Counted from the stretch's first letter, positions 46,645 through 55,546 are shown. The stretch is 64,000 nucleotides of DNA from Oscillospiraceae bacterium (GCA_022779345.1 JALFTG010000027.1:10275-74274), one strand, 5' to 3'. Numbers and translations: made by a program. Notes: generated by a model not told the origin, from the sequence alone.

Positions 46645-47511
46645 ATGAACATCACCGGAAAAACAAGACTGCTGGGATTGATCGGCACCCCCGTTGACCA
46701 TTCCAAGTCTCCGGCCATGTACAACTACTGTTTTGAAAAATACGGACTGGACTGTGTGTATCTGGCCTTCGATGTGGACCTGGAGCACACCGCCGACGCC
46801 ATCCAGGCCATCCGCACCTTCAACCTCCGGGGCGCCAATGTGACCATGCCGCTGAAGAGCGCGGTGGTCCCGTACCTGGACGAACTGAGTCCCGCCGCCA
46901 GGGCCATCGGTGTGGTGAACACCATTGTCAATGACGACGGCAGGCTCACCGGCTACTGCACCGACGGTCTGGGCTACACCGGCGACCTCCGCCGCCACGG
47001 CATCGGGGTGGCAGGGAAGAAGATCACCCTGCTGGGCGCGGGCAGCGCCGGCCGGGCCCTGGCCATCCAGGCCGCCCTGGACGGCGCCCGGGAACTGGCC
47101 GTGTTCAACCGGAAGGACAGCTTCTGGAATGTGGCGGAAGAAAAGCTGGAGGTCATCCGGCAGGAGGCACCGGAATGTGTGATCCGTCTGTATGACCTGG
47201 AGGACGCCGACACCCTCCGCCGGGAAATCGCGGACAGCGATATCCTCACCAACGCCACCAGCGTGGGCATGATCCCCATGGACGACGCCAGCCCGGTGCC
47301 GGATGTGACCATGCTCCGGCCGGACCTGATCGTCACAGACATTATCTACAACCCCGTGGAGACCAAGCTGTTGCAGGACGCCAAAGCCGTGGGCTGCCGC
47401 ACCTTCAACGCGCTGGGTCTGCTGCTGGGCCAGGGAGCCGCCGCCTTTGAACTGTACTCCGGCGGACTGGAGATGCCCCTGGACGAAGTGTACGAACAAT
47501 TCTACAAATAA
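46645..47511 (+). CDS. quinate/shikimate dehydrogenase, YdiB-like, paralogue 1
   Basis: NTIVNDDGRLTGYCTDG, FNRKDSFW, ILTNATSVGM. These match the E. coli YdiB signatures NTIVNDDGYLRGYNTDG, FNRRDEFF and ILTNGTKVGM as I recall them. Confidence 0.85.
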   Translation: MNITGKTRLLGLIGTPVDHSKSPAMYNYCFEKYGLDCVYLAFDVDLEHTADAIQAIRTFNLRGANVTMPLKSAVVPYLDELSPAARAIGVVNTIVNDDGRLTGYCTDGLGYTGDLRRHGIGVAGKKITLLGAGSAGRALAIQAALDGARELAVFNRKDSFWNVAEEKLEVIRQEAPECVIRLYDLEDADTLRREIADSDILTNATSVGMIPMDDASPVPDVTMLRPDLIVTDIIYNPVETKLLQDAKAVGCRTFNALGLLLGQGAAAFELYSGGLEMPLDEVYEQFYK

Positions 47512-47527
47512 GAAAGGGAGAGAGACC

Positions 47528-48760
47528 ATGACAAGTACCGAAACCAGCATGAAACGCTACTATCCCACTGCCCTGGCCCTGTATATCACCTACTTCGTTC
47601 TGGGCGTGGCCGCCTCCATCATGGGGCATTACAAACAGGAATTCGCCGCCCTGTGGGGCGCGCAGCTCCTGTCCGACGGAACTTATGATGTGTCCACGGT
47701 TGTGGCCGTCATCGCCGCCATCGGCCTGGGCCGTCTGATCGCCTTCCCCTTCGCCGGTCCTCTGTCTGACAGAGTGGGCCGCCGGGTCCCGGCACTGATC
47801 GGCTGTGTCATGTACGCGGTGTTCCTGCTGGGCATCACCTACACCCGCAATCTGTATCTGGGCTACGCCATGGCCATCATCAGCGGCATGGCAAACTCTT
47901 TCCTGGACACCAGCATCACCCCCTCCTGCATGGAGATTTTCAAGGAAAAGGGCACCATCGCCAACATCTTCACCAAACTGTCCATCTCCATCGCCCAGTT
48001 CCTGCTGCCCTTCGCCATCGGATTTGTGGCCGCCCGGAGCCTGCCTTTCAATCTGGTGTTCCTGGCCACCGCCGTCATCATCATCGTGGACGGCATCGCC
48101 CTGTGCTTCCTGCCCTTTCCGCCCTTTGAGAAGCCGGAGAAGGCCGAAAACGGGGAGAAGGAGAAGATGCACTTCACCCCCTCCGCTGTCATCCTGGTGA
48201 TTCTGGGCTTCACCACCTCCACCACCTTCATGCTGTGGATGAACTGCAACCAGGAGCTGGGCCTGCTCTACGGCCTGTCCGACCCCAGCAAAATCCAGTC
48301 CTTCTACGCCGTGGGCATCGTGCTGGCCCTGTTTGTGAACGCCGCCCTGCTGAACCGGGGCCTGAAACCCAGCAAAATTCTGATCATTTATCCCACCATC
48401 GCCCTGGTCACGCTGGCCGTGGTCTACTTCGTCCAGACCCCCTGGATCTGCCTGGCAGGCGGGGCACTGATGGGCTTCTTCGCCGCCGGCGGCGTGCTCC
48501 AGCTGGTCACCGCTGTGGCCAATGAGATGTTCCCGAAGAACCGGGGCGTCATCACCTCCATCGTGATGATCTCCTCCAGCATCGCCAACTTCACCATTCT
48601 GAATGTGGCCAGCCTGCTGACCCGCATGGGCGGCACCAACGGCCCCCGGCTGGTGCTGCTGCTGAACATCGCTGTCACCCTGGTCGGCATCATCCTGGCC
48701 GTCATCCTGAACACCCGCATCGAAAAGGACATGGAAAGTCATTCAAACCTGTCGGTTTGA
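47528..48760 (+). CDS. MFS transporter (12 TM)
   Basis: ..FAGPLSDRVGRR.. loop motif. The last 7 codons and the stop lie inside A-family repeat copy 4. Confidence 0.8.
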   Translation: MTSTETSMKRYYPTALALYITYFVLGVAASIMGHYKQEFAALWGAQLLSDGTYDVSTVVAVIAAIGLGRLIAFPFAGPLSDRVGRRVPALIGCVMYAVFLLGITYTRNLYLGYAMAIISGMANSFLDTSITPSCMEIFKEKGTIANIFTKLSISIAQFLLPFAIGFVAARSLPFNLVFLATAVIIIVDGIALCFLPFPPFEKPEKAENGEKEKMHFTPSAVILVILGFTTSTTFMLWMNCNQELGLLYGLSDPSKIQSFYAVGIVLALFVNAALLNRGLKPSKILIIYPTIALVTLAVVYFVQTPWICLAGGALMGFFAAGGVLQLVTAVANEMFPKNRGVITSIVMISSSIANFTILNVASLLTRMGGTNGPRLVLLLNIAVTLVGIILAVILNTRIEKDMESHSNLSV

Positions 48761-48899
48761 ATGAGAATTTGCGGACGCTCCATGCACTCGCTGCGCTCGC
48801 ACACTCCGCCGTCCGATCAGTGTTTTTTGGCACAGCAAAGCCGCACCAAAAAACAGATTGAAATTTCTTTGTGCCTATCGGCACAAATTCTGCGAAGCA
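48739..48899. repeat. A-family repeat, copy 4 (- orientation)
   Basis: The reverse complement carries GCTTCGCAGAATTTG, TTTTGGTGCGGCTTTGCTGTGCCAAAA and a terminal hairpin TCATTCAAACC..GGTTTGAATGA. Confidence 0.8.
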
Positions 48900-48947
48900 A
48901 TTTCAAAAACCGGGAAAACCATACAATTAAAATTGGAGGACACAAAC

Positions 48948-49796
48948 ATGAGTAAGAAACATCCTGTTACCGTCAGTTCCTGGACCCTGGGCGATCAGTG
49001 CACCTTTGAAGAGCGGGTCCGCGCAGCAAAAGAGGCCGGTTTTGAGGGCATCGGCCTGCGGGCTGAGACCTATGTGGACGCCCTGAACGAGGGCCTGTTC
49101 GACGAAGACATCCTGGCCATCCTGGATAAATACGACATGAAGGTCACGGAAGTGGAATACATCGTCCAGTGGGCGGAGGACCACCGGTCCTATGAGCAGA
49201 AGTACAAGGAGCAGATGTGCTTCCATATGTGCGAACTGTTCGGCGTGGACCACATCAACTGCGGCCTCATGGAGAACTACTCCGTAGAGCACACTGCCCA
49301 GAAGCTGAAAGAGCTGTGCCACCGGGCGGGCAAGTACACCATCGGCGTGGAGCCCATGCCCTACAGCGGTCTGCCCGATGTGAAGAAGGCCTGGGCCGTG
49401 GTGGAGGCCTCCGGCTGCGAAAACGCCAAGCTGATCCTGGACTCTTGGCACTACATCCGGGCCGGTCAGCCCTGCGACCTGTCCGTGTTGGAGGGCATCC
49501 CCGCCGACAAGATCGTGTCCATCCAGATCAACGATGTGCAGGCACACCCCTATGCCAGGAGCATTCTTCGGGACGAGTCCATGCATGACCGGATGCTCCC
49601 CGGCACCGGCTACGGCGACACCACCGGCTTCGTGAAGATGATTCGGGACAAGGGCATCTCCCCCGCCGTGGTGGGCGTGGAAGTCATCAGCGACGAGATC
49701 CTCTCCGCCGGTGTCCCCGCCGCCGCACAGGCGAACTTTAAAGCCACCCAGGCTGTACTCTCTAAATCCTGGCCCGAAGTCATGGCCGGCTGCTAA
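48948..49796 (+). CDS. xylose-isomerase-like TIM-barrel protein (sugar phosphate isomerase/epimerase family); candidate 3-dehydroshikimate dehydratase
   Basis: 282 aa with ..AGFEGIGLR.., ..GVEPMP.., ..LDSWH.., ..GVEVIS... Fold, size and context resemble AsbF/QsuB-type enzymes. The specific activity is inferred only. Confidence 0.7.
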   Translation: MSKKHPVTVSSWTLGDQCTFEERVRAAKEAGFEGIGLRAETYVDALNEGLFDEDILAILDKYDMKVTEVEYIVQWAEDHRSYEQKYKEQMCFHMCELFGVDHINCGLMENYSVEHTAQKLKELCHRAGKYTIGVEPMPYSGLPDVKKAWAVVEASGCENAKLILDSWHYIRAGQPCDLSVLEGIPADKIVSIQINDVQAHPYARSILRDESMHDRMLPGTGYGDTTGFVKMIRDKGISPAVVGVEVISDEILSAGVPAAAQANFKATQAVLSKSWPEVMAGC

Positions 49797-49797
49797 T

Positions 49798-49964
49798 GTC
49801 GTTTGAAGCCCCGCAGGGGCTTCAAACGAGAAAATTGCGGCCGCTGCGCGCACCCTGCGGGCACACTCCGCTGGCCGAGAAGTGTTTTTTGGCACAGCGA
49901 AGCCGCACCAAAAAACGGATGAAAATTCATTCGGTGCTGACGCGCCGAACTCTGCGAGGCTTTT
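49798..49964. repeat. A-family repeat, copy 5 (- orientation)
   Basis: Terminal hairpin GTCGTTTGAAGCCCCGCAGGGGCTTCAAACGA(g), then GGCCGAGAAGTGTTTTTTGGCACAGCGAAGCCGCACCAAAAAA. Confidence 0.8.
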
Positions 49965-49991
49965 TAGCCAAAGTATAAGGAGGAAACAACA

Positions 49992-50867
49992 ATGGAAAAC
50001 AGAATCAACGGACATACCCGCCTCTTCTGCCTGATCGGCTCCCCCGTGGGCCACTCCGGCTCCCCCGCCATGTATAACTACAGCTTCGACCGTCTGGGTC
50101 TGGACAACGCCTACCTGGCCTTCGACATTCCTCTGGAAAAGACCGGCGAGGCCGTGGAAGCCCTGAAACTGCTCCATGTGGGCGGATTCAACATCACCAT
50201 GCCCTGCAAGACCGAGGTGGCCAAATACCTGGACGATCTGTCCCCCGCCGCCCGTCTGATCGGCGCCTGCAACACCGTCACCGTCAGCGAGGACGGCAAG
50301 CTCACCGGCCACAACACCGACGGCGTCGGCTTTGTCCGCAACCTGAAAGAGCACGGTGTGGATGTGGCCGGCAAGAAGATCGTGGTTCTGGGCGCCGGCG
50401 GCGCCGCCACCGCTGTGACCATCCAGTGCGCTCTGAGCGGCGCCAGCGAGGTCCATATCTTCAACCGCAAGGGCTACAACTTCTATGAAAACGGCGAGCA
50501 CACCGTGGAGAAGATCCGCGCCAATGTCCCCGGCTGCCAGGCATCCATCGACAATCTGCTGGATTCCGCCGCCCTGGCCGAGGCCGTGGGCAGCTGCGAC
50601 ATTCTGGTCAACGCCACCAAGGTGGGCATGGCCCCCCTGGACGGCGAGACCCTCATCGATTCCAGCCTGTTCCGCCCCGATCTGGTGGTGGCGGACACCG
50701 TGTATAACCCCCGGGAGACCCGCATGATCCGGGAAGCCCAGGCGGCCGGCTGCAAAGCGGCCATCGGCGGCATCGGCATGCTGCTCCAGCAGGGCGTGGA
50801 GGCCTTCCACCTGTTCACCGGCAAGGATATGCCTGCCCAGGAGGTTATGGAGAAGTTTTTCTCCTGA
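49992..50867 (+). CDS. quinate/shikimate dehydrogenase, YdiB-like, paralogue 2
   Basis: ..GSPAMYNYSF.., NTVTVSEDGKLTGHNTDG, FNRKGYNFY, ILVNATKVGM, FTGKDMP. Confidence 0.85.
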   Translation: MENRINGHTRLFCLIGSPVGHSGSPAMYNYSFDRLGLDNAYLAFDIPLEKTGEAVEALKLLHVGGFNITMPCKTEVAKYLDDLSPAARLIGACNTVTVSEDGKLTGHNTDGVGFVRNLKEHGVDVAGKKIVVLGAGGAATAVTIQCALSGASEVHIFNRKGYNFYENGEHTVEKIRANVPGCQASIDNLLDSAALAEAVGSCDILVNATKVGMAPLDGETLIDSSLFRPDLVVADTVYNPRETRMIREAQAAGCKAAIGGIGMLLQQGVEAFHLFTGKDMPAQEVMEKFFS

Positions 50868-50908
50868 GCCGCAGACCCGCAGCGGGGTGGGACGACCTGC
50901 CGTGCCGA

Positions 50909-51037
50909 CCCTCTCCGCCTCGCTACGCTCGGCACCTCCCCCAGAGGGGGAGGCTCCGGATGTGCGGCTGCGCCGCCCAGTTTGGCTCCCCCTTTGCGGG
51001 AGCTGGCGCCAGGCGTAGCCTGGTGACTGAGAGGGCC
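50909..51037. repeat. B-family composite repeat, copy 2 (module order inverted)
   Basis: CCCTCTCCGCCTCGCT..GGCACCTCCCCCAGAGGGGGAGGC, then ..GGGAGCTGGCGCCAGGCGTAGCCTGGTGACTGAGAGGGCC. Confidence 0.7.
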
Positions 51038-51057
51038 GCCCACCAACGCACCCCGTT

Positions 51058-51173
51058 CCTGTCATTGCGAGGAGCGAAGCGCCGTGGCAATCCGCATCCC
51101 CTTGGGTGCGTGACGCATCGCAGAAAAAGAGAACGGATTCCCACGTCGGCCTGCGGCCTCCTCGGAATGACAG
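51058..51173. repeat. MITE-like unit with ~37-nt terminal inverted repeats
   Basis: CCTGTCATTGCGAGGAGCGAAGCGCCGTGGCAATCCG (51058-51094) against the reverse complement of CGGATTCCCACGTCGGCCTGCGGCCTCCTCGGAATGACAG (51134-51173). Confidence 0.55.
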
Positions 51174-51242
51174 AATCCAGGTTGCGAAGCAAGTATCCCG
51201 GAAAAAACAAATCAGAAATCGAAAAGAAAGGGGTCACTGACC

Positions 51243-53174
51243 ATGAAATATCCCACCATGTTCTCTCCCATCCAGATCGGCACCGTCACTGTGCCCAACC
51301 GCTTTGTGGTGCCCCCCATGGGCAACAACTTCGCCAATACCGACGGCACCATGTCCGACCGCTCCGCCGCTTATTATGAGGCCCGTGCCAAGGGCGGCTT
51401 CGGCCTGATCACCATCGAGTCAACCGTGGTCTACGCGGAAGCCAAGGGCGGCCCCAGAAAGCCCTGTCTGTTCACCGATGACACCGTGGACAGCTTCAAA
51501 AAGGTGGTGGACCGCTGCCACGCCTACGGCGCCAAGGTGAATATCCAGCTCCAGCACGCCGGTCCCGAGGGCAACAGCAAGCTCACCGGCTATCCCCTGA
51601 AGGCCGCCAGCGCCATGGCCTCCCACTGCGGCGGTGAGATCCCCGTGGCCATGCCCACGGAGGAGGTCTACAAGCTCATCGAGTGCTACGGCGACGCCGC
51701 CGCCCGTGCCCAGCGGGCCGGGGTGGACATGGTGGAAGTCCACTGCGCCCACGGCTATCTGGTGAGCACCTTCATCTCCGCCCGCACCAACAAGCGCACC
51801 GACGAGTTCGGCGGCTGCTTTGAAAACCGGATGCGCCTGCCCCGGCTGATCATCGAGAACATCCGCCGCAAGACCGGTGGCAGCCTGCCCATCCTGTGCC
51901 GCATCAACGCCCGGGACGAGGGCGAGGGTGGACTGACCGTCCAGGACGCGGCCGTCATTGCGGCCTATCTGGAGCAGGAGTGCGGCGTGGACGCTTTGAA
52001 TGTGTCCCGCTCCATCCACCTGCATGACGAGTTCATGTGGGCCCCCAACAACACCCACGCCGGCTTCAATGCCGACCTGGTGACCGAGATCAAGAAGGCC
52101 GTGTCCATCCCCGTGATCACCGTGGGCCGCTACACCGAGCCCCAGTATGCGGAGCTGCTGGTGAAGCAGGGCCGGGCGGATCTGGTGGCCTTCGGCCGTC
52201 AGTCCATCGCCGACCCCGAGCTGCCCAACAAGGCCCGCACCGGCCATCTGGAGACCCTGACCCCCTGCATCGCCTGTCTGCTGGGCTGCGTGCCCAATAT
52301 GCTGGCCGGCCGGCCCATCACCTGCGCCATGAACCCCACTGTGGGCCGTGAAGCGGAGATCGTCCCCGCCCAGGTGAAGAAAAAGGTGCTGGTTATCGGC
52401 GGCGGCCCCGGCGGTATGTACGCCGCCTGGATGTGCGCCAGACGGGGCCACAGCGTGACCCTGCTGGAAAAGGGCAGCGAGCTGGGCGGACACTTCCTGG
52501 TGGCCTCCTATCCTCCCGCCAAGGGCGAGATTGCTCCCGCCATCCGCAGTCTGATCGTCCGCTGCCGGGAGGCCGGTGTGGACATCCGGCTGAACACCGA
52601 AGCCACTGCGGAACTGGTGCAGGAGATCGCTCCCGACGCCGCCATCGTGGCCACCGGTTCCACCCCGCTGATCCTGCCCATCCCCGGCCTGGCTGAGTGC
52701 GGCTATGTGAACGCCGAGGATATGCTCACCGGCAAGCAGACTGTGGGCAAGCGCGTCCTGATTGTGGGCGGCGGCATGGTGGGCGCCGAGGCTGCCGAGC
52801 ATCTGGCCGAGCGCGGCCACGAATGTGATATCGTGGAAATGAAGCATGTGGTGGGCGAGGACATCATGCCCGAACCCCGGAAGTACATCATGGCCAGCCT
52901 GGAGCACCACAAGGTGGGCCAGTTCACCGACGCAAAAGTCAGCCGTTTCTACACCGACGGCGTGGCTTACACCTCCACCGTGGACGGCAGCGAAGGCGAG
53001 CTGCGGGGCTACGACAGCATTGTTCTTGCCATGGGTTACCGCTCCAACAACCCCCTGGAAGAGCAGCTGAAGCCCCTGGTTCCCCAGGTCATCGTCATCG
53101 GCGAGGCCCGTCAGGCCCCCGGCAACTCCATGATCGCCACCGGGGACGCCCTGAACGCCGCCCTGGCCATCTGA
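51243..53174 (+). CDS. 2-enoate reductase family flavoprotein, paralogue 2
   Basis: MKYPTMFSPIQIGTVTVPNRFVVPPMGN (OYE-like), CIACLLGC...C cluster, VIGGGPGGMYAAWMCARRGHSV. Confidence 0.85.
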   Translation: MKYPTMFSPIQIGTVTVPNRFVVPPMGNNFANTDGTMSDRSAAYYEARAKGGFGLITIESTVVYAEAKGGPRKPCLFTDDTVDSFKKVVDRCHAYGAKVNIQLQHAGPEGNSKLTGYPLKAASAMASHCGGEIPVAMPTEEVYKLIECYGDAAARAQRAGVDMVEVHCAHGYLVSTFISARTNKRTDEFGGCFENRMRLPRLIIENIRRKTGGSLPILCRINARDEGEGGLTVQDAAVIAAYLEQECGVDALNVSRSIHLHDEFMWAPNNTHAGFNADLVTEIKKAVSIPVITVGRYTEPQYAELLVKQGRADLVAFGRQSIADPELPNKARTGHLETLTPCIACLLGCVPNMLAGRPITCAMNPTVGREAEIVPAQVKKKVLVIGGGPGGMYAAWMCARRGHSVTLLEKGSELGGHFLVASYPPAKGEIAPAIRSLIVRCREAGVDIRLNTEATAELVQEIAPDAAIVATGSTPLILPIPGLAECGYVNAEDMLTGKQTVGKRVLIVGGGMVGAEAAEHLAERGHECDIVEMKHVVGEDIMPEPRKYIMASLEHHKVGQFTDAKVSRFYTDGVAYTSTVDGSEGELRGYDSIVLAMGYRSNNPLEEQLKPLVPQVIVIGEARQAPGNSMIATGDALNAALAI

Positions 53175-53284
53175 AGTTCTCTCCTCCTCAACTTTACCAA
53201 TCACTTACCTTTCCATTTCCTTTCAAACCTACCTTTCAAACGCCAGTTCTCTCCATCCATTACCTCATTATATCTCTTTCAAAC
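53175..53284 (+). repeat. G-depleted C/U-rich 3' tract with internal direct repeats
   Basis: No G across 53177-53241 or 53247-53284. CTTTCAAAC occurs 3 times (about 53220, 53233, 53276) and AGTTCTCTCC twice (53175, 53245). Confidence 0.7.
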
Positions 53285-53329
53285 GGGTCTCCCGGAGGAT
53301 TCTCTCCCCTCCGGGAGATTCCCGTTTTT
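53281..53329 (+). terminator. intrinsic terminator after enoate reductase 2
   Basis: AACGGGTCTCCCGGAGG-loop-CCTCCGGGAGATTCCCGTT followed by TTT. Confidence 0.7.
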
Positions 53330-53388
53330 CTGACGCGTTGCATTTTTTGACAAAGATTGTCGGAAAAGATTGTACTGTTTGACCGTTG

Positions 53389-53417
53389 TTGACAAGGAGT
53401 TTCCCGGGATGTATTAT
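53389..53417 (+). promoter_or_regulatory. sigma-70-type promoter for enoate reductase 3
   Basis: TTGACA (53389-53394), 17 nt, TATTAT (53412-53417). Flanked by GACAA-AGA-TTGTC, AAAGATTGT twice, and downstream ATATCAG-AAAC-CTGATAT. Confidence 0.5.
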
Positions 53418-53490
53418 ATAAAGTAACTAATGTCAAGAAAATATCAGAAACCTGATATGTGGGGAGCTCCCCCGGGAAAGGAGAAGAACC

Positions 53491-55485
53491 ATGAAATACC
53501 AGCATATTTTCTCACCGTTGAAAATCCGCGACTGCACGCTGGAAAACCGCATCGTCATGCCCTCCATGGGCACCCTGATGGCCAGCGACCACGCCTTTGT
53601 GACAGATCAGGTGATCGATTATTATGTGGAACGCGCCAAAGGCGGCGTGGGCCTGATCATCACGGAATGTGCCTCCATCTGGCCGGAATCCACCCAGGGG
53701 TATGCCCTGGGCATCTCTGACGACAAGTTTATCCCCGGCCTGAAGCGTCTGGTGGACGCCGTCCACGCCGAGGGCTGCAAAATTGTGCTGCAGATGTACG
53801 AGGCGGCGGAGTGCTGCATGAACGGCCATGCGGACACCAGCAAGCTGCGGATTATGTCCCCCATCGACAAGTACGGCGGAATGTGGAAGGCCATCCCCAC
53901 CGAGGAGCTGCCCCTGATTGCCGAGGCCTTCGGCAAGGCCACCGCCCGGGCGGATGCCGCCGGGTTTGACGGCGTGGAGATCCACTGCGGCCACACCTAT
54001 CTGATCCATCAGTTCCTCTCCCCCCACTACAACAACCGTACCGACGGTTACGGCACCACCAAGGAAAACTGCATGAAGTTCCCGCTGATGTGCCTGGACG
54101 AGGCCCGGAAGAATCTGTCTCCCGGCAAGCCCCTGTTCATCCGTATCAGCGCCCATGACGACTATACATACGACAAGGACGGCAATTTCGACGGCCTGAC
54201 CCTGGACGATATGGTGGAATTCTGCTGCCGGGCCCGGGATCTGGGTGTGGATGTGGTGGATGTCAGCCGTGGCAACTATGACAAGGGCGGCATCTACGAA
54301 GTGCCCGCCATCGGCATCCCCTTCGGCTTCAACAAGGACAACGCCCTGTATATCAAGGAAAAGACCGGCCTGACCGTCATGACCGTGGGCCGTCTGGGCC
54401 GTCCGGAGCTGGCGGAGGCCGTGCTGAAGGAAGGCGTGGATCTGGTTGGCTGGGGCCATGCCCATCTGGCCGATCCCCAGATCGTGACCAAGACCCGGGA
54501 AGGCCGGGAGGATGAGATCTGCTACTGCATCGGTTGCGATCAGGGCTGCGCCGAGGCGTACTATCACGCCGACTGGCCCCATATCTCCTGCCTGCGGAAT
54601 CCCACTGTGGGCCGGGAGAAGGAAATGGCCCTCGTCCCCGCACAGACGCCCAGGACCGTGCTGATCGCCGGCGCCGGCGTGGGCGGTCTGGAAGCGGCCC
54701 GCACCCTGGCCCAGCGGGGCCATAAGGTCATTTTGTGTGAGAAGAACCCCTCTATGGGCGGACAGTTCCGTCTGGCGGGCGTGGCCCCCAATAAGGAAGA
54801 TTTCGCCGCGGCGGTGGACTGGATGGAACGCATGGCGGCCAGAGAGCCCAATGTGGACATCCGGGTGAACACCCCCGTGACGCCGGAATTGCTGGAGGAG
54901 CTGAAGCCCGATCATCTGATCATTGCCACCGGCGGCCACACCCGGCCTCTGACCGTCCCCGGCGGGGAGCTGGCGGTGACCTGCACGGACATTCTGGCCG
55001 GACGGAAGCATCCCTTCGGCAAGTGCGTGGTCGTGGGCGGCGGCATCACCGGTGTGGAGATTGCCGAGTATATCAACGCCCGGGGCCTGCCTGTCTCCGT
55101 GGTGGAGATGGCGCCCCAGCTGGGCCGGGGCCTGAGCCATGGCCGGGCGGAGCTGCTGAATGTGTATCTGGAGGAGCACCCGGAGGTGCAGGTCTACACC
55201 AGCTCCACTGTGGAGAAGCTGGAGCCGGGCAAGGTCTTTATCCATGTGTATCAGACCAGAACCAACCGCCGCACCAAGGAAGTCACCGTGGTCCGGGACG
55301 AACATCTGGTCCTGCCGGCGGACACCATCGTGGCCTCTGTGGGCACCGTGTCCAACGATTTCAGCGACCTGACCGCCGCTGCGGAGCGTCTGGGCATCCC
55401 CTATGACATCATCGGCGACGCCAAAGAGCCGAGAGTGGCCCTGGACGCCATCCGGGAAGCCGCAGAACTGGCAAGAAAGATTTAA
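53491..55485 (+). CDS. 2-enoate reductase family flavoprotein, paralogue 3
   Basis: MKYQHIFSPLKIRDCTLENRIVMPSMGT, CIGCDQGC...C, IAGAGVGGLEAARTLAQRGHKV. Most similar to paralogue 1. Confidence 0.85.
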   Translation: MKYQHIFSPLKIRDCTLENRIVMPSMGTLMASDHAFVTDQVIDYYVERAKGGVGLIITECASIWPESTQGYALGISDDKFIPGLKRLVDAVHAEGCKIVLQMYEAAECCMNGHADTSKLRIMSPIDKYGGMWKAIPTEELPLIAEAFGKATARADAAGFDGVEIHCGHTYLIHQFLSPHYNNRTDGYGTTKENCMKFPLMCLDEARKNLSPGKPLFIRISAHDDYTYDKDGNFDGLTLDDMVEFCCRARDLGVDVVDVSRGNYDKGGIYEVPAIGIPFGFNKDNALYIKEKTGLTVMTVGRLGRPELAEAVLKEGVDLVGWGHAHLADPQIVTKTREGREDEICYCIGCDQGCAEAYYHADWPHISCLRNPTVGREKEMALVPAQTPRTVLIAGAGVGGLEAARTLAQRGHKVILCEKNPSMGGQFRLAGVAPNKEDFAAAVDWMERMAAREPNVDIRVNTPVTPELLEELKPDHLIIATGGHTRPLTVPGGELAVTCTDILAGRKHPFGKCVVVGGGITGVEIAEYINARGLPVSVVEMAPQLGRGLSHGRAELLNVYLEEHPEVQVYTSSTVEKLEPGKVFIHVYQTRTNRRTKEVTVVRDEHLVLPADTIVASVGTVSNDFSDLTAAAERLGIPYDIIGDAKEPRVALDAIREAAELARKI

Positions 55486-55497
55486 AAATGTAAACAG

Positions 55498-55535
55498 AAA
55501 TCCGCCCTGCTGCGACTGCAGCAGGGCGGATTTTT
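55498..55535. terminator. bidirectional terminator
   Basis: AAATCCGCCCTGCTGC-GAC-TGCAGCAGGGCGGATTTTT. Confidence 0.8.
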
Positions 55536-55546
55536 ATGGTTGCATT

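Noticed and set aside
53175-53290. GTTTGAAAG (reverse-strand) repeats as a possible CRISPR array
   Set aside because: There are only three 9-nt motifs with irregular 13- and 43-nt spacing, no 25-40-nt repeat/spacer periodicity and no cas genes. No CRISPR array was seen anywhere in the window.
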